A stretch of DNA of 64,000 bases from positions 124,001-188,000 of the forward strand of contig NW_024055492.1 in the NCBI RefSeq assembly GCF_902713615.1, in the 5' to 3' direction. Every line of letters begins with the position of its first letter. Positions within the stretch are counted from its first letter, which is position 1. Positions 12,250-24,916 of the stretch are shown one piece after another. The notes beneath the pieces are model-generated. The model was not told the origin of the DNA, ran no database searches, and saw nothing but the letters and a program-made list of their open reading frames with translations. Origin of the DNA: Scyliorhinus canicula. Taxonomy: Eukaryota. Made by a program: the position numbers and the translations under genes.

Positions 12250-12800
12250 AAAGCTCTGGTCACTACTCTTTAGGAAGGATGTGAAGGTTCACGGAGAAGG
12301 TGCAGAGGAGATTTACCAGAATGGTTCCAGCAAAGAAGGTTGAGGGGAGATTTGATTCAGGGACACAAGATTATGCCAGATTTCCATCGGGTGGACAAAG
12401 AAACTCTGTTTCCATTCACTGATCGGACAAGCAGCCGGGACACAGATTTAAAGTTTTGGGTAAAACCTGGATTGAACTATATCAGATCCTGAGGGGTCTT
12501 GACAGGATGGATGTGGAGAGGATGTTTCCTCTTGTTGGAGAATCGACAAATAGGGCATCACTGTTGCAAAATAAGGAGTCACCCATTTCAGATGGAGATG
12601 AGGATTTTTCATTCTCTTGAAGGTTGCAGGACTTTGGCAATCACGTCCTTAAAAGGCAGTGGAAGCAGAGTCCTTGAATATTTTTAAGGCAGAGCTGGAT
12701 AGATTCTTGATGAGCAAGGGGGTGAAAGGTTATCATGGGTAGGCAGGAATGCTGAGCAGGTTCGAGGGGCCTAGTGGCCTGTTCCCAGTTTGTATGTAAA
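12250..12800 (+). mobile_element. CR1 LINE 3' fragments
   Basis: Y.RKDVKV..KVQRRFTRMVP and GHCCKIRSHPFQMEMR motifs, CR1 tail. Confidence 0.7.
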
Positions 12801-13229
12801 AGATACAGGAGATATGAGGTAATAGGAGATATATGTTTTTACACAGCGAGCGGCAATGACGTGATACTTGCTGCCCATGAGGGAGTTTGAAAATAATACA
12901 TGAATCATTTGATTTCAAAAGGAAATTGGATCTGAGGGAAATAAACCTGCGAGGATACAGGGATAGAGCAGGAGAATGGCACTGACTGGATTGCTGCAGT
13001 GAGCCAGTATCGATTCAATGGGCCGAATGCCATTCTCTGTATCATCATATCTCTGACTCTCTTGTATAATCTAGTTTTGTAATTTAACCCCGGGGGGTTC
13101 AGATCTCACTCAGGTAAATCTGTGCTACACTCCCTCGGAGGCCATTCTATCCTTCCTCAGGTTTGTTGCCCAGAACCGAACACAGTTCTCCAGGTTTGGT
13201 CTAACCAGGGTTTGTGAATCTCGGGGCTT

Positions 13230-13410
13230 TTCCAGTCACACTGAGACCTGAAATCTTCCCTCACAGACAAAACAGACAAACCTTTTACCTTCCACACCCA
13301 GATGCTGCTGATGTTCAGGTTCTGATGAATCGAGTGACTCTGTCAGATTGCGATGTGACGTTTGGTTTGCGTTCCTGTCTGTTAAACCTCTTCCAGTATC
13401 CTGTAAATTT
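13230..13410 (-). pseudogene. Relic ZNF terminal-exon 5' end
   Basis: Reverse complement of the stereotyped exon start (ttacag|gatactggaagagg...atcagaacctgaacatcagc...tttgtctg.tttgtctgtgaggg). Confidence 0.7.
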
Positions 13411-13779
13411 ACAGAAACCTCACTGTCAGTTTAGGATAGAAATTCACAACATTCTCTCCTCGCCAACTTTGATTAAATGTATTCCTGGAGGTTTGATCAC
13501 ATGACCTGCCCCCATCCTCCAGCCATTAATCGGTGAACACATCCATCCTTGTGACACGCTGCCTTCCTCGGCCAAATGGGAAGCAAAAGGACTCATTACC
13601 TTACAGGACAGTGATTGGCTGTCAGCCAATCAACTTTTATCCCATTTTCAATATTTTTATATCCGCTGAAGAGAAATGTTCAAAGAAAATTACATTAAAA
13701 TCTTCTTTACTGTCCTAATGATTTCCCAGCCACACAGGCATGAATCTCACCAAGACAGAAGGTTAAATTTGAATTAATT

Positions 13780-14400
13780 TAAAGTCTACTGAAGACCCTG
13801 AAACGATTGTTGGTTGTTGCAAAGACCCATCTGGTTCACTCATGTCCTTCAGTGAGGGAAATCTTCCATCCTTACCTGGTCTGGCCGACATCCAAAGGCC
13901 AAAGACGTGCAGGTTAGGTGGATTCAAATGAATTGAAATTAAATGAAAATGAATAAAAAATTGGCCATGACAAATTGCCCTTAGTGACCAAAAACGGTTC
14001 GAAAGGGTTATTGTGTTACGGGGATAGGGTGGAAGTGAGGGCTTAAATGGGTTGGCGCAGACTCGATGGGCCGAATGGCCTCCTTCTGCACTATATGTTC
14101 TATGCACATGTGACTCTAAATGCACAGTCATCTGGTTGACTCTTAAAATGCTCTGAGATACACTCAGTTCAAGGGCAATTAGGGCTGGGCAGTGAATGCT
14201 GGCCCAGTCAGCGACACCCACATCCCGTGAATGAATAGAAAAGAAAATCTGCCATCCTTACCTGGTCTGGCCGACACGATTCCAAACCACAGCAATGTGG
14301 TTGACCCTTTAAATGCCCTCTGAGATGGTCTTGAAAGCCATTCAGTTCCAGGGAAATTAGGGATGGGCAATAAATGTTGGCCCAGCCAGTGACTCCAAAC
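13780..14400. mobile_element. Unclassified shark interspersed repeat (two partial copies with a SINE fragment); related copies at ~17800-18140 and ~59930-60260
   Basis: Shared motifs gacccatctggttcact..gtccttc..gggaa.atct.ccatccttacctggtctggcc..., aagggcaattagggatgggcaataaatg.tggcc. Confidence 0.6.
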
Positions 14401-14439
14401 AAAATAAAATCCTGGAGACTCCAGTCAGTCAATCCGGGA

Positions 14440-14830
14440 GAGTTGGTATCCGGTCCAGGCTCTCAGCGCATGCGCCCTGCGGCACCTTGTACTCTGTAAA
14501 GATGGCGGCCGGTAACCCGGGCCTGTCACCGCTCAGCTCTCACTCTGTTCGGTGCTGTTTAAGACGGGACCGTTAACATTTTACTCGAGAGTTGAAGCCT
14601 CCACGGGGTATTTATGTAGCCTCCCGGCTCACTCCGCAGCTTCTATTGCTCCCCGGCCACCCACTGACTCCAATCCTGAAAGTCGCTCGATTGTTTCTAT
14701 CCCGCTCCTCGCACCGTCAGCGACAACCTGAACTGCACATGCGCCGGACACAGCCGGACTCTGCGCATGTGTGGGGAGCTTCTGTAATGTGGATAGAGCA
14801 CATTCTCGGCCACAATGCATGTTGGGTACT
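14440..14830. promoter_or_regulatory. CpG-rich promoter-like segment
   Basis: GCGCATGCGC at ~14466, AAGATGGCGGCC at ~14499, ATTGG and TGCGCATG motifs. Confidence 0.55.
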
Positions 14831-15697
14831 AATTCTGCCATTGAAATAGATATTGATGATAAAAATTATGCTTTGCCAACCGATTACATTTGGTACCGTT
14901 GGGCCAAGGGAACAAATGTATTAAATAAATTAATACAGCAACTAAAGAGCACAGGCCCTTCCACCAGAGTCTGTCCTGGGTGTGATTGACAACAGACCAA
15001 ACACGGACAGTGAGTTGTTAACATGTTGGGGTCTGAGCAGGTTCAGGTGAACAGTGATTTTTGTCTTCTGGACAGAACAGTTAAACTGCCCCTCGTCCAT
15101 AACAATGTGCTGCAATTGGATCAAATTGTCTGGGCTTTTAAAGTTGGAGTGTTAACTAGTGGGAAAACTGAGGAAATTCCTTTGCACATGTGAAGTGTGT
15201 GAGTGATCTCCCTCTGAACTGCACATTAGATTAATCAATCACTAACTCATATTTATTCTTATTCAGTGGAAACATCTTCCACTTGTCTATCATATCAAAC
15301 CTGTTCATAGTCTTACAGGATCAGGTCATCCTTCATTCCATTTTCCAAAGAAAAAGTTATGCCCTATCCAATCTTTCTTACTGGATGTAACCTGCCAGTC
15401 CAGGCATAATTCAAATATCTTTTCCTGCATCTTCTCCAGTCCTTCTAGATCTATTTTACAATATGGAGACTTTAACTAATCTGAGCAGCAATCTCACCGT
15501 TGTCCCCAACTGCCTGTATGTTGCAGTATTTTAGTCATTTTACTGTCAGCTGAATGTAAGATGGGACAGAATAAGATCCAACGATCCAGTTTGTAACACC
15601 GTAGAACATCTACAAACCTGCCTCTTCCCCGTACTGCTAAACAGTTGACTTTTTCACTCTTAACCTGTCAGATATGTCATTAAGAATAATGTGTCAA

Positions 15698-15930
15698 GGG
15701 CAGCACGGTGGCCTAGTGGTTAGCACAACCGCCTCACGGCGCTGAGGTCCCAGGTTCGATCCCGGCTCTGGGTCACTGTCCGTGTGGAGTTTGCACATTC
15801 TCCCCGTGTCTGCGTGGGTTTCGCCCCCACAACCCAAAAATGTGCAGAGTAGGTGGATTGGCCATGCTAAATTGCCCCTTAATAGAAAAAATAATTGGGT
15901 AATCTAAATTTATAAAAAAAAAAAAAAAAA
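15698..15930 (+). mobile_element. Short poly(A)-tailed V-SINE with a 15-bp TSD
   Basis: TSD aagaataatgtgtca at 15682-15696 and 15930-15944; A-run of ~18 nt; target TT/AAGA. Confidence 0.93.
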
Positions 15931-16319
15931 AGAATAATGTGTCAGAGAAAGACTGGATTTCAGCTTGGTGACACCAGGCCAGACTAAATTTTAGTTCATA
16001 GAATTGTTGAGCTCATTTCTCCATATCATAAGATGCCACTGATGATTCCTGAACTGTCAAACCAATTTATATTTACCCTCTGTTCATCTGAAAAGTATTG
16101 ATTCTGCTGTTACTGCCACTGCTAATCACACCCAGAACTGAACCATTGTCAATCTGACAATTGGGGTTTATTTCGATTCCCTGTAACTGAGCTGGGCTAG
16201 TGTTTAATATCTTGTTGTTTGTGAAATAAATCAGCTTTGTCTCAAACACACTGTGTCAAGTCCTTGATTTCTCTTGGGGGAAAGGAAATTAATTGATGGC
16301 CATGTGGCACCAGGCCATG

Positions 16320-16775
16320 CCCGTCAGTCTTTTTAAGACAGAGATATATCGGTTCTTGATTAATAAGAGGCTCAGGTGTTATGGGGAGAAGGCAGGAGAA
16401 AGGGGATGAGAAACATATCAGCCATGGTCGAATGGCAGAGCAAACTCGATGGGCTGAATGGCCTAATTCTGCTTCTCTATCTCTTTTTTAATGAGAAGAT
16501 CTCAAAGAAACGTATAAAATTCTAACAGGAGTGGACAGAGTAGATTCATAAAGAATGTTCCCAATGGTGGGAAGTCCAGAACTAGGGGGTCATAGCTTGG
16601 GGATAAGGGGTAAAACTTTTAAGACTGAGGTGAGGAGAAATGTTTTCACCCAGAGAGTGACGAGCCTGTGGAATTCATTACCACAGAAAGTCGTTGAGGC
16701 CAATACATTGTACAATTTGAAGAAGGAGATTGATACAGCTCTTGGGGCTAAAGGGATTAAAGGATATGTATGACT
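16320..16775 (+). mobile_element. Two CR1 LINE 3'-end fragments
   Basis: GHSLGIRGKTFKTEVRRNVFTQRVTSLWNSLPQKVVEA and the tail gggctgaatggcctaattctgct. Confidence 0.8.
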
Positions 16776-17456
16776 CTGTAGCACAATGGATAGTGTGTTG
16801 GACTTCTACTTAATGGCAAGTAAGGGATTCAAAGGTTGTGGGTTCAAATCTCACCAGTGTCAACTGTTAGCGTGGCACAATGGTTACCACTGTTGTCTCA
16901 CAGTGCCAGGGACTCAGGTTCAATTTCGACCTTGGGTGGCTGTCGGTGTGGAGATTACACCTTCTCCCCATGTCTACGTGGGGACGCAGACATGGGGAGA
17001 AAGTGCAGAATCCGCACAGACAGTGACCCAAGCCTGGAATCGATAAGAATGGGTGATAAATGCTGGCACAGCCTGCGACGCCAATGTCCAATGAATAAAA
17101 AAAGTTTCATTAATTGTCACTCAATTAAGGATCACTACTTATTTAATCATGTTACAAACTAATTAATACACTAATTTTTAATTAATACATTTGGTTAATA
17201 CAAGATACACTGGTTCTTTTCTGAGTAGTACTATAATCCATATGCTTCACCCGCTGTCTGTGTCTATGTATTTACATTGTATATTTACTGTATGTCCTAT
17301 GTATTTTCATGTATGGAGCAATCTGTCTGGAAATGTAGAACAATATTTTTCACTGTACCTCGACACACGTGACAATTAATCAAATCCAATCAAAGAGACA
17401 GTTTCTTACTAGTCTTCAGATTGAACAATGAACCTTCTTAAAAATTATTCATTAAA

Positions 17457-17786
17457 GGGCAGCACGATAGCATGGTGGTTAGCATCAATGCTTCACAGCT
17501 CCAGGGTCCCAGGTTCGATTCCCGGCTGGGTCACTGTCTGTGTGGAGTCTGCACGTCCTCCCCGTGTGTGCGTGGGTTTCCTCCGGGTGCTCCGGTTTCC
17601 TCCCACCCAAAGATGTGCGGGTTAGGTGGATTGGCCAGGCTAAATTGCCCTTAGTGTCCTAAAAAATAATGTTAATGGGGGTTGTTGGGTTACTGGTATA
17701 GGGTGGATACGTGGGCTTGAGTAGGGTGATCATTGCTCGGCACAACATTGAGGGCCGAAGGGCCTGTTCTGTGCTGTACTGTTCTA
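17457..17786 (+). mobile_element. Young HE1-like V-SINE
   Basis: Near-identical to the copies at 7021, 45013, 47635, 60912 and 62770. Confidence 0.9.
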
Positions 17787-19289
17787 AAACTCTAAATGGG
17801 AGGTGGGCGTCACTGGCTGGACCAGCATTTACTGCTCATTCCAATTACCCTTGAACTGCGTGTCTTGTGAGGCTATTTAAGGAGACTTACAAATCAACCC
17901 CAACATTGCTGTGGATCTGGAGTCATGTGCAGGACAGGCCACAAAAGGAGAGCAGATTTCATAAAGGACATTAGTGAACCAGACGGGTTTTTACAACGAT
18001 CAACAATGTCAACATTAGACTTTGAATTTGAGACTTTTATTCAATTTCAAAAACTGTCATAGGCAGATTCGATCCCAGATCCCTAGAGCATTAACCTGGG
18101 TCTCTGGATTACTAGCCCAGTAACAATACCATTACACCTCTGCCCAGCCCACATAGTCTTGGCAGAATATGATGTCTTGTAACTTCTCAAAATTATAAAG
18201 TAATTTATTTTTTCAAACAAATTCTGATAGCTCTGCAGTTTCTGGAAACATTTTGGTTGGAAGTGTTACTTTTTAAAATAAAGAACTAGTCTTTACAAGA
18301 TAACTACCTCACACACCAATTCATGTATGATAATCTATGTTCACTACTGAATAATCATGAATTTAATTATTGCTTTTTGCTGTGAAATCAATGTGGTTAA
18401 TACAGAAAAGGTACAGAAGGTGAAATGGCTGCAGGAAGCTGCATGTTCGAGGTATAAAAGGGCTTCCTTGACCATGTTACTAATGACAGGGAATACACTA
18501 TGAAAATAACAATTTCAAAACTAAATGTGATTACACATGTGTACTTACAGCTTCCTACATTACAACAGTGAGTATGTTTCAATTCAAAAGTACTCCATTG
18601 GCTTTAAAACACTTTAGGAGGTTCAGTGGTCGAGAGGTTTTATAGAAATGTACATGTATTCTAATTGTCCACATATATTACACTCGGTGTCCTCACCAGA
18701 ATCATTGATAAAGATTGAGTCTTAATTTTGTCTAATACCCACGTCATTGACACCATTTTGAATACTCTGTGAAAATCCACACACACAATATGCACAATTA
18801 TTTGTTGTAAAGCACAGCGAGTTTTTGTGATTTGGAATGCACTGTCGATAAATGGTGCTGGAATCTCATTGGAATGCAATTTCCAAAAGGGAATTTGATG
18901 CATTCTGAAAATGAAAACAAAATATCCGAACTCTGGGATTAAATGGGTCATTGTACAAAGTGCTGGCATAGGAAAAATGGGCCAAATAGACTCCTCTGTG
19001 CTCGAACAGCCTTGTGTACATGTAAAGGGAGTGGTAACAACCTGGAACCTACTGCCTATGAGGGTAGGAGATGCAGAGATGACAGAAGGATTTCAATAGG
19101 AAATTGGACAGGCATTGAGAGAAATAAACTCACAGGGATTTGGGGATAGAACGGGGCAATGGACAGACTGGCTTCCTCCATAGGGAGCCGACACTGTCCC
19201 AAAGGGCTGAATGGCCCCATTCCTCACCCTCCAGATGCTGTGATCTCAGGAGTGAAATTTAGTTGCTCCAGTCACTCCAACTAACTGGA

Positions 19290-20600
19290 GTCCCTCATCT
19301 CTGGTACCATTCTCGTAAATGTTCTCGACACCGTCTCTGAGAACTTCACATCTTTCCCAAAGTGTGGGGCAATTATATATAGGGTTCCAGTCTAGAGAGA
19401 TAGAATTGAAAAGCACGGAGGAAATGTTCAGCTTGTTTAGAACCGGGGTTAGACTACACTGGGAACACTGTCAACATTGGGGTGCTATGTCTTTTCGTCC
19501 GACGTCATTTCGTCCAACGACACTTCGTCCACGTCTTTTCGTCCAACGTCTTTTTGTCCGCCCGTCTTTTGGTCCAACGTCATTTTGTCCGGTGATTTTT
19601 TTCGTCAAAGATTTTTTGTGACTTTTTACGTGTTTTTGCTGGATGATTTTTTTTGTCAAAGACTTTTTGTAACTTGACTTTTAGTAACTTGCTTAGTAGC
19701 ACCACTCCACTTTAACTTTTGTACATGGAAATCTTCTCTAATGCACATAATATACAATAAAGGATCTTTATTACCGGCCTCTTTCCTGTAACGAGCCTCG
19801 TTAAAGGATAGTTATTATCGTTCTCTCGTTAAAGGATAGTTATTATCGTTCTCTCCCCTTTAACGAGCCTCGTTAAAGGATCCCACAGCGAAAATTGATT
19901 TCTTGAGGAATGTTGCTCACAATTTACATCAATTTTAAGTAAATTCGGGAATTCATCAGTAGTAAACTTTTAGATCTTTTTAACTGCATTTTTAGATTTT
20001 TTAACTTTTTAACTGCATTTTTAAGCTTGTATTTTACTTGAATTTCATCAATTACTTGCATTTTAGCAATTAAATTCACTTGCTGTATTGTGCCTGCTTT
20101 CTATCAATTAAATGCTTTTATACGGAGTTGATTTGCAATTGGTTAATTGGACGAAGTGACGTTGGACCAAAAGACGGGCGGACAAAAAGACGTTGGACGA
20201 AAAGACGTGGACGAAGTGTCGTTGGACGAAATGACGTCGGACGAAAAGACGCGACACGCAACATTGGTGATATCCATTTCGATAAAGGAAATAGAGGCAC
20301 TGGATAAGGTGCAACAAAGGTTCATAATATACAGAACTGAGAGCATTTAACACCCAGGAAAGTCTGGGGCTGCTTTTTTCTGGAAAGGAGAAGACTGATG
20401 GGTGACCTGGAGGAAGTCTTTCAGATTATGAAGGAATTCAATAATCCAATAGGAATTTCAGCAGAAACCTCTTTACCAGCGAGTGGTGAGAATGTGCAAC
20501 TCACTCCCACAGCAAGTGGTTGAGGTGAACAGCATTAATCCATTGAACGTAAAGCTAGATACATACATGAGAGAGAAAGGAATAGAGGGAGATGGTGGGG
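19290..20600 (+). mobile_element. Degenerate CR1 3' fragment that hosts the foldback element
   Basis: RT C-terminal LEHC..W...IEALDKVQQRF region is continuous across the TSD. Confidence 0.65.
19481..20258. mobile_element. Young foldback/MULE-like non-autonomous DNA transposon
   Basis: 94-bp perfect inverted repeats (19489-19582 / 20157-20250) built of ~15-bp subrepeats; 9-bp direct repeat CAACATTGG at 19472-19480 and 20259-20267; AT-rich interior. Confidence 0.88.
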
Positions 20601-21002
20601 GGGAGGGGGTTATATAGAGGGGCGGGTGGAGGGTCATGTGGAGCATAAATACTGAGACAAACCATGGCTAACCTCAGCCGGTATGGGAATTTAACCTGTG
20701 CTGTTCGTGTCACTCAGCACAAACCAGCCATCCAGTCAACTGAGCTAACCGATTCCCATGTAAATCTGTAATAATTCCATAAATATTAGTGATTGCCTGT
20801 CTCCCACCATACTATGTAATGTAGTTTCCCAGTGAACATCAGACAACTTCCCCTCATACCCTGATAGTTTTCGTCTGTGAGAAGCACCAAGACAAATTAA
20901 ACAAAAGATCCATGTAACCACCATAGCCCATCTTCATGGCAATGTGGCATGATTTGGGGGATTTCAAAACAGAAATGGTAATGAAATATCTTCTAACCTG
21001 AA

Positions 21003-21335
21003 GAGCATGGTAGCATAGTGGTTAGCACAGCTGCTTCTCAGCTCCAGGGTACCAGGTTCGATTCCCGGCTTGGGTCACTGTGTGGAGTCTGCACGATCTC
21101 CCCGAGTGTGCGTGGGTTTCCTCCGGGTGCTCCAGTTTCCTCCCACAGTCCAATGATGTGCGGGTTAGGTGGATTGGCTATGATAAATTGCCCTTAGTGT
21201 CCAAAAAAGATTAAGTGGGGTTACTGGGATAGGGTGGAGGTGCGGGCTTGGTTGGGATGCTCTTTCCAAGGGCCGGTGCAGACTCGATGGGCTGAATGGA
21301 CTTCTTCAGCACTGTAAATTCCATGATCTATGAAC
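21003..21335 (+). mobile_element. HE1-like V-SINE
   Basis: Head, V domain, CR1-type tail. Confidence 0.85.
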
Positions 21336-21544
21336 CTCCAAACTCCCTTTCACTCTTTGATCCATGTGAAATGTGCAACCAGATATTCGCAAGAAGGCTC
21401 AGAGAGAATCAGCCCACTGGGGGAGAAGCCGTGAGACCGGCCAGTCCAGCAGAAACCCTCTGACCATCCCCATTGACCAACAGAATGAACAAAATGCAGT
21501 CCTGGATGTAATTGAGAACAGAAACAATAACAGCAGAATCCAAT

Positions 21545-21683
21545 CCCTGGATCAGTTGTGAACTTGTTGGTGTCTCAGAAAGTGCGATGAATTACAAAAT
21601 CCCTTCGCACACTGACAGCAGGTGAATGGCCTCTCCCCAGTGTGAACTCCCAGGTGTGACTGCAGACGGCATAACCGAGTGAA
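21545..21683 (-). pseudogene. Orphaned 3' end of the ZNF exon (rest of finger 11, finger 12, original stop)
   Basis: [43 protein letters not shown] continues the frame broken at 24001. Confidence 0.88.
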
Positions 21684-24000
21684 TTGTGTAAATAGATGTA
21701 AACGGGTGTGAGATAACCAGGATTATGGAGACATGGCTGCAGGATGACCAGGGGTGGGAACTGAATATCTTCAGTATTTAGGAAGGACAGACAAAAAGGA
21801 AAAGGCAGTGGAGTGGCAGTGCTGGTTAAAGAGGAAATTAATGCAATAGTGAGGAAGGATATTAGCTCCGATAATGTGGAGTCTGTATGGGTAGAGCTGA
21901 GAAACACCAAGGGGCAAAAAACATTAGTGGGCATCGTATATAGACCCCCAAACTGCAGTGGTGATGTTGGGAATGGCACAAAACAGGAAATTAGGCCGAT
22001 TGTATAAGTTTCTGTCGGTATGTGAAGAGAAAAAGATCGGTGAAGACAAATGTAGGTTCCTTTCAGTCAGAAACAGGGGAATGTATAATAGGGGACAAAG
22101 AAATGGGTGAGCAAATAAATACATACTTTGCTTCTGGCTTCACAAATTAGATGCTAGAAATGTTGGGGAAGGCAGGATTTAGTGAGAGGGAGGAACTGAA
22201 GGAGATCAATATTCGAGAAATTGTGTTGGGGAAATTGATGGGATTGAAGGCTGATAAATCCCCAGGGCCTGATAATCTGCATCCCAAAGTACTTAAGGAA
22301 GTGGCTCTAGAAATAATGGATGCATTGGTGGTCATCTTCCAGGATTCTATAGACTCTGGAACAATTCCTGCACATTGGAGGGTGGCTTATGTAACTCACT
22401 ATTTAAATAGGGAGCTCGAGACAAAACAGGAAATTATAGACCAGTAAGCCTGACATCGGCAGTGGGGCAAATTTTAGAATCCATTATCAAAGATTTTATA
22501 GCAAAGCACTTCGAAACCAGTGGCAGGATCGGACAGAGCCAGCATGGATTTATGAAGGGGAAATCATGCTTGACAAATCTACTGGAATTCTTCAAGTGTG
22601 TAACTGGTAGAGTTGACGAGGGAGAGCCAGTGGATGTGGTATATTTGGACTTTCAGATGGCTTTCGACTTATTCCTGCATAAGATATTAGTGTGTAAAAT
22701 GAAAGCACATGGGATTAGGGGTCGTCTCTTGAGATGGATAAAAAACTGACTGGCAGGCAGTGACTAGTGGGGTACCGCAGGGATCGGTGCCTGGGCCCAG
22801 ATATTCACAAGATATATAAATGATTTTTCTTTTCAAATTTAAAGTACCCAATTCTATTTTTGCAATGAAGTGGTAATTTAGCATGGCCAGTTCCCCTCCA
22901 CTGCACATCTTTGGGGTTATGGGGGTGAGACCCACGCAAAATCGAGAACTTGACTGCACACAGACAGTGACCCAGGCATGATTGAACCCTGATCCTCAGC
23001 ACCATGAGGCAGCTGCACCACTTATATATTAACAACTTAGATGTGGGAACAAAATGCAATATCTCCAAATTTACAGATCACACAAGTTGCTTGGGAGGGT
23101 GAGCTGTGAGGAGGATGCAGAGATCCTTCAGTGTGATTTGGACAAGTTGAGTGAGTGGGCAAATGAATGGCAGATGCAGTATAATTTGGAGAAATGCGAG
23201 GTTATCCACATTGGTACCAAAAATGAGAAGGCAGACTATTATCTGAACGGCCATAGATTAGGAGAGGCGGGGAATTAGCAACGAGACCTGGGTGTCCTTG
23301 TACACCAGTCACTGAAGGTAAGCATGCAGCTACAGCAGGCGGTAAAGAAGGTAAATGCTATGCTAGCCTTCATTGCGAGCGGATTCGAGTACAGGAGCAG
23401 GAATATCTTGCTGTTATTACACAGGGCCATGGCGAGGCCATACCTGGAATATTGTGAGCAGTTTTGGTCTCCTTATCTGAGGAAGGATGTTCTTGCTCTA
23501 GAGGGAGTGCAGCGAGCGTTTACCAGACTGATTCCTGGGATGGTAGGACTGACGTATGAGAGATTGAATCAGTTAGGTTTGTATTCGCTAGAGTTCAGAA
23601 GAATGAGGGGGATCTCCTAGAAACCTATAATATTCGAACAGGACTTAACAAGGTAGATGCAGGAAAGATTTTCCCGATGGTGGGAGTGTACAGAACCAGA
23701 GGTCGCAATCTGAGGATACGGGGGAGACCATTTAGACAGAGATGAGGAGAAATTTCTTCAACCAGAGAGTGGTGAGCCCGTGGAATTTGTTACCACAGGA
23801 AAACTTTAAGGCCAATACATTATTTGTTTGCAAGAAGCAGTTAGATATCGCACTGAAGGCGAAGGGGGTCAAAGGATGTAGAGGGAAAAGCGGAATTAAG
23901 CTATTGAGTTGGATGATAAGCTATGATCATAATGAATGGCAGAGCAGGTGCGAAGGGCCAAATGGCCTCTTCCTGCTCTCCCTTTTCATGTTTCTATATA
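21684..24000 (+). mobile_element. 5'-truncated, internally deleted CR1 LINE (EN remnant, RT, 3' tail) inserted in the ZNF exon; contains a SINE at ~22820-23015
   Basis: VWVELRNTKGQKTLVGIVYRPPN, KADKSPGPD, QHGFMKGKSCLTNLLEFF, VDVVYLDFQMAFD, LEYCEQFWSPYLRKD; tail gggccaaatggcctcttcctgctc. Confidence 0.93.
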
Positions 24001-24013
24001 ATCCCTTCCCACA

Positions 24014-24916
24014 CTAAGAGCAGATGAATTGCCTCTCTCCAGTGTGAACTCGCCGGTGTTTCTGAAGGTTGGACGAATTACTGAATCCCTTCCCACACTG
24101 AGAGCAGGTGAATGGCCTCTCCCCAGTGTGAATTCGCTGATGTTTCCGCAGGGTGGATAAATCACTGAATCCTTTCCCACACTGAGAGCAGATGAATGGC
24201 CTCTCCCCAGTGTGAATTCGCTTATGTCTCTTCATGGTGGATGAACTAACAAATCCCTTCCCACACTGAGAGCAGGTGAACGGCCTCTCCCCAGTGTGAA
24301 CTCGCTGATGGTTCCGAAGGTTGGACGAGTTATTGAATCCCTTCCCACACTGAGAGCACGTGAATGGCCTCTCCCCAGTGTGAATTCGCTGGTGTGTCTG
24401 CAGACTGGATAAATGTGTAAATCCATTCCCACACTGAGAGCAGATGAATGGCCTCTCCCCAGTGTGAATTCGCTGGTGTGTCTGCAGGGTGGATAAATCA
24501 CTGAATCCCTTCTCACAGAGGGAGCAGGTGAATGGCCTCTCCCCAGTGTGAACTTGCTGATGTCTCCGTAGGTTGGATGAAGAACTGAATCCCGTCCCAC
24601 ACTGGGAGCAGGTGAATGGCTTCTCCCCAGTGTGAACTCGCTGGTGTGTATGCAGACTGGATAACTGAGTGAATTCCTTCCCACACTGAGAGCAGGTGAA
24701 CGGCCTCTCCCCAGTGTGAACTCGCTGGTGTGACTGCAGGTTAAAGAAGTGAGTGAATCCTTTCCCACACTGAGAGCAGGTGAATGGCCTCTGCCCAGTG
24801 TGACTGCGGCGATGAATCTCCAGCACAGATGGGGCTCTAAATCCCTTCCCACAGTCAGCACATTTCCACGGTTTCTCCATGTTTTGGGTCTCCTCGTGTC
24901 TCTCCAGATTGGACAA
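24014..24916 (-). CDS. C2H2 zinc-finger protein, 300 aa, 10 complete fingers with TGERPF linkers
   Basis: Open ORF within a terminal exon whose acceptor is at ~25252. It ends at a TAG inside finger 11, just before a CR1 insertion. No KRAB or other effector domain is visible. Confidence 0.85.
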   Translation of the reverse strand: MSNLERHEETQNMEKPWKCADCGKGFRAPSVLEIHRRSHTGQRPFTCSQCGKGFTHFFNLQSHQRVHTGERPFTCSQCGKEFTQLSSLHTHQRVHTGEKPFTCSQCGTGFSSSSNLRRHQQVHTGERPFTCSLCEKGFSDLSTLQTHQRIHTGERPFICSQCGNGFTHLSSLQTHQRIHTGERPFTCSQCGKGFNNSSNLRNHQRVHTGERPFTCSQCGKGFVSSSTMKRHKRIHTGERPFICSQCGKGFSDLSTLRKHQRIHTGERPFTCSQCGKGFSNSSNLQKHRRVHTGERQFICS

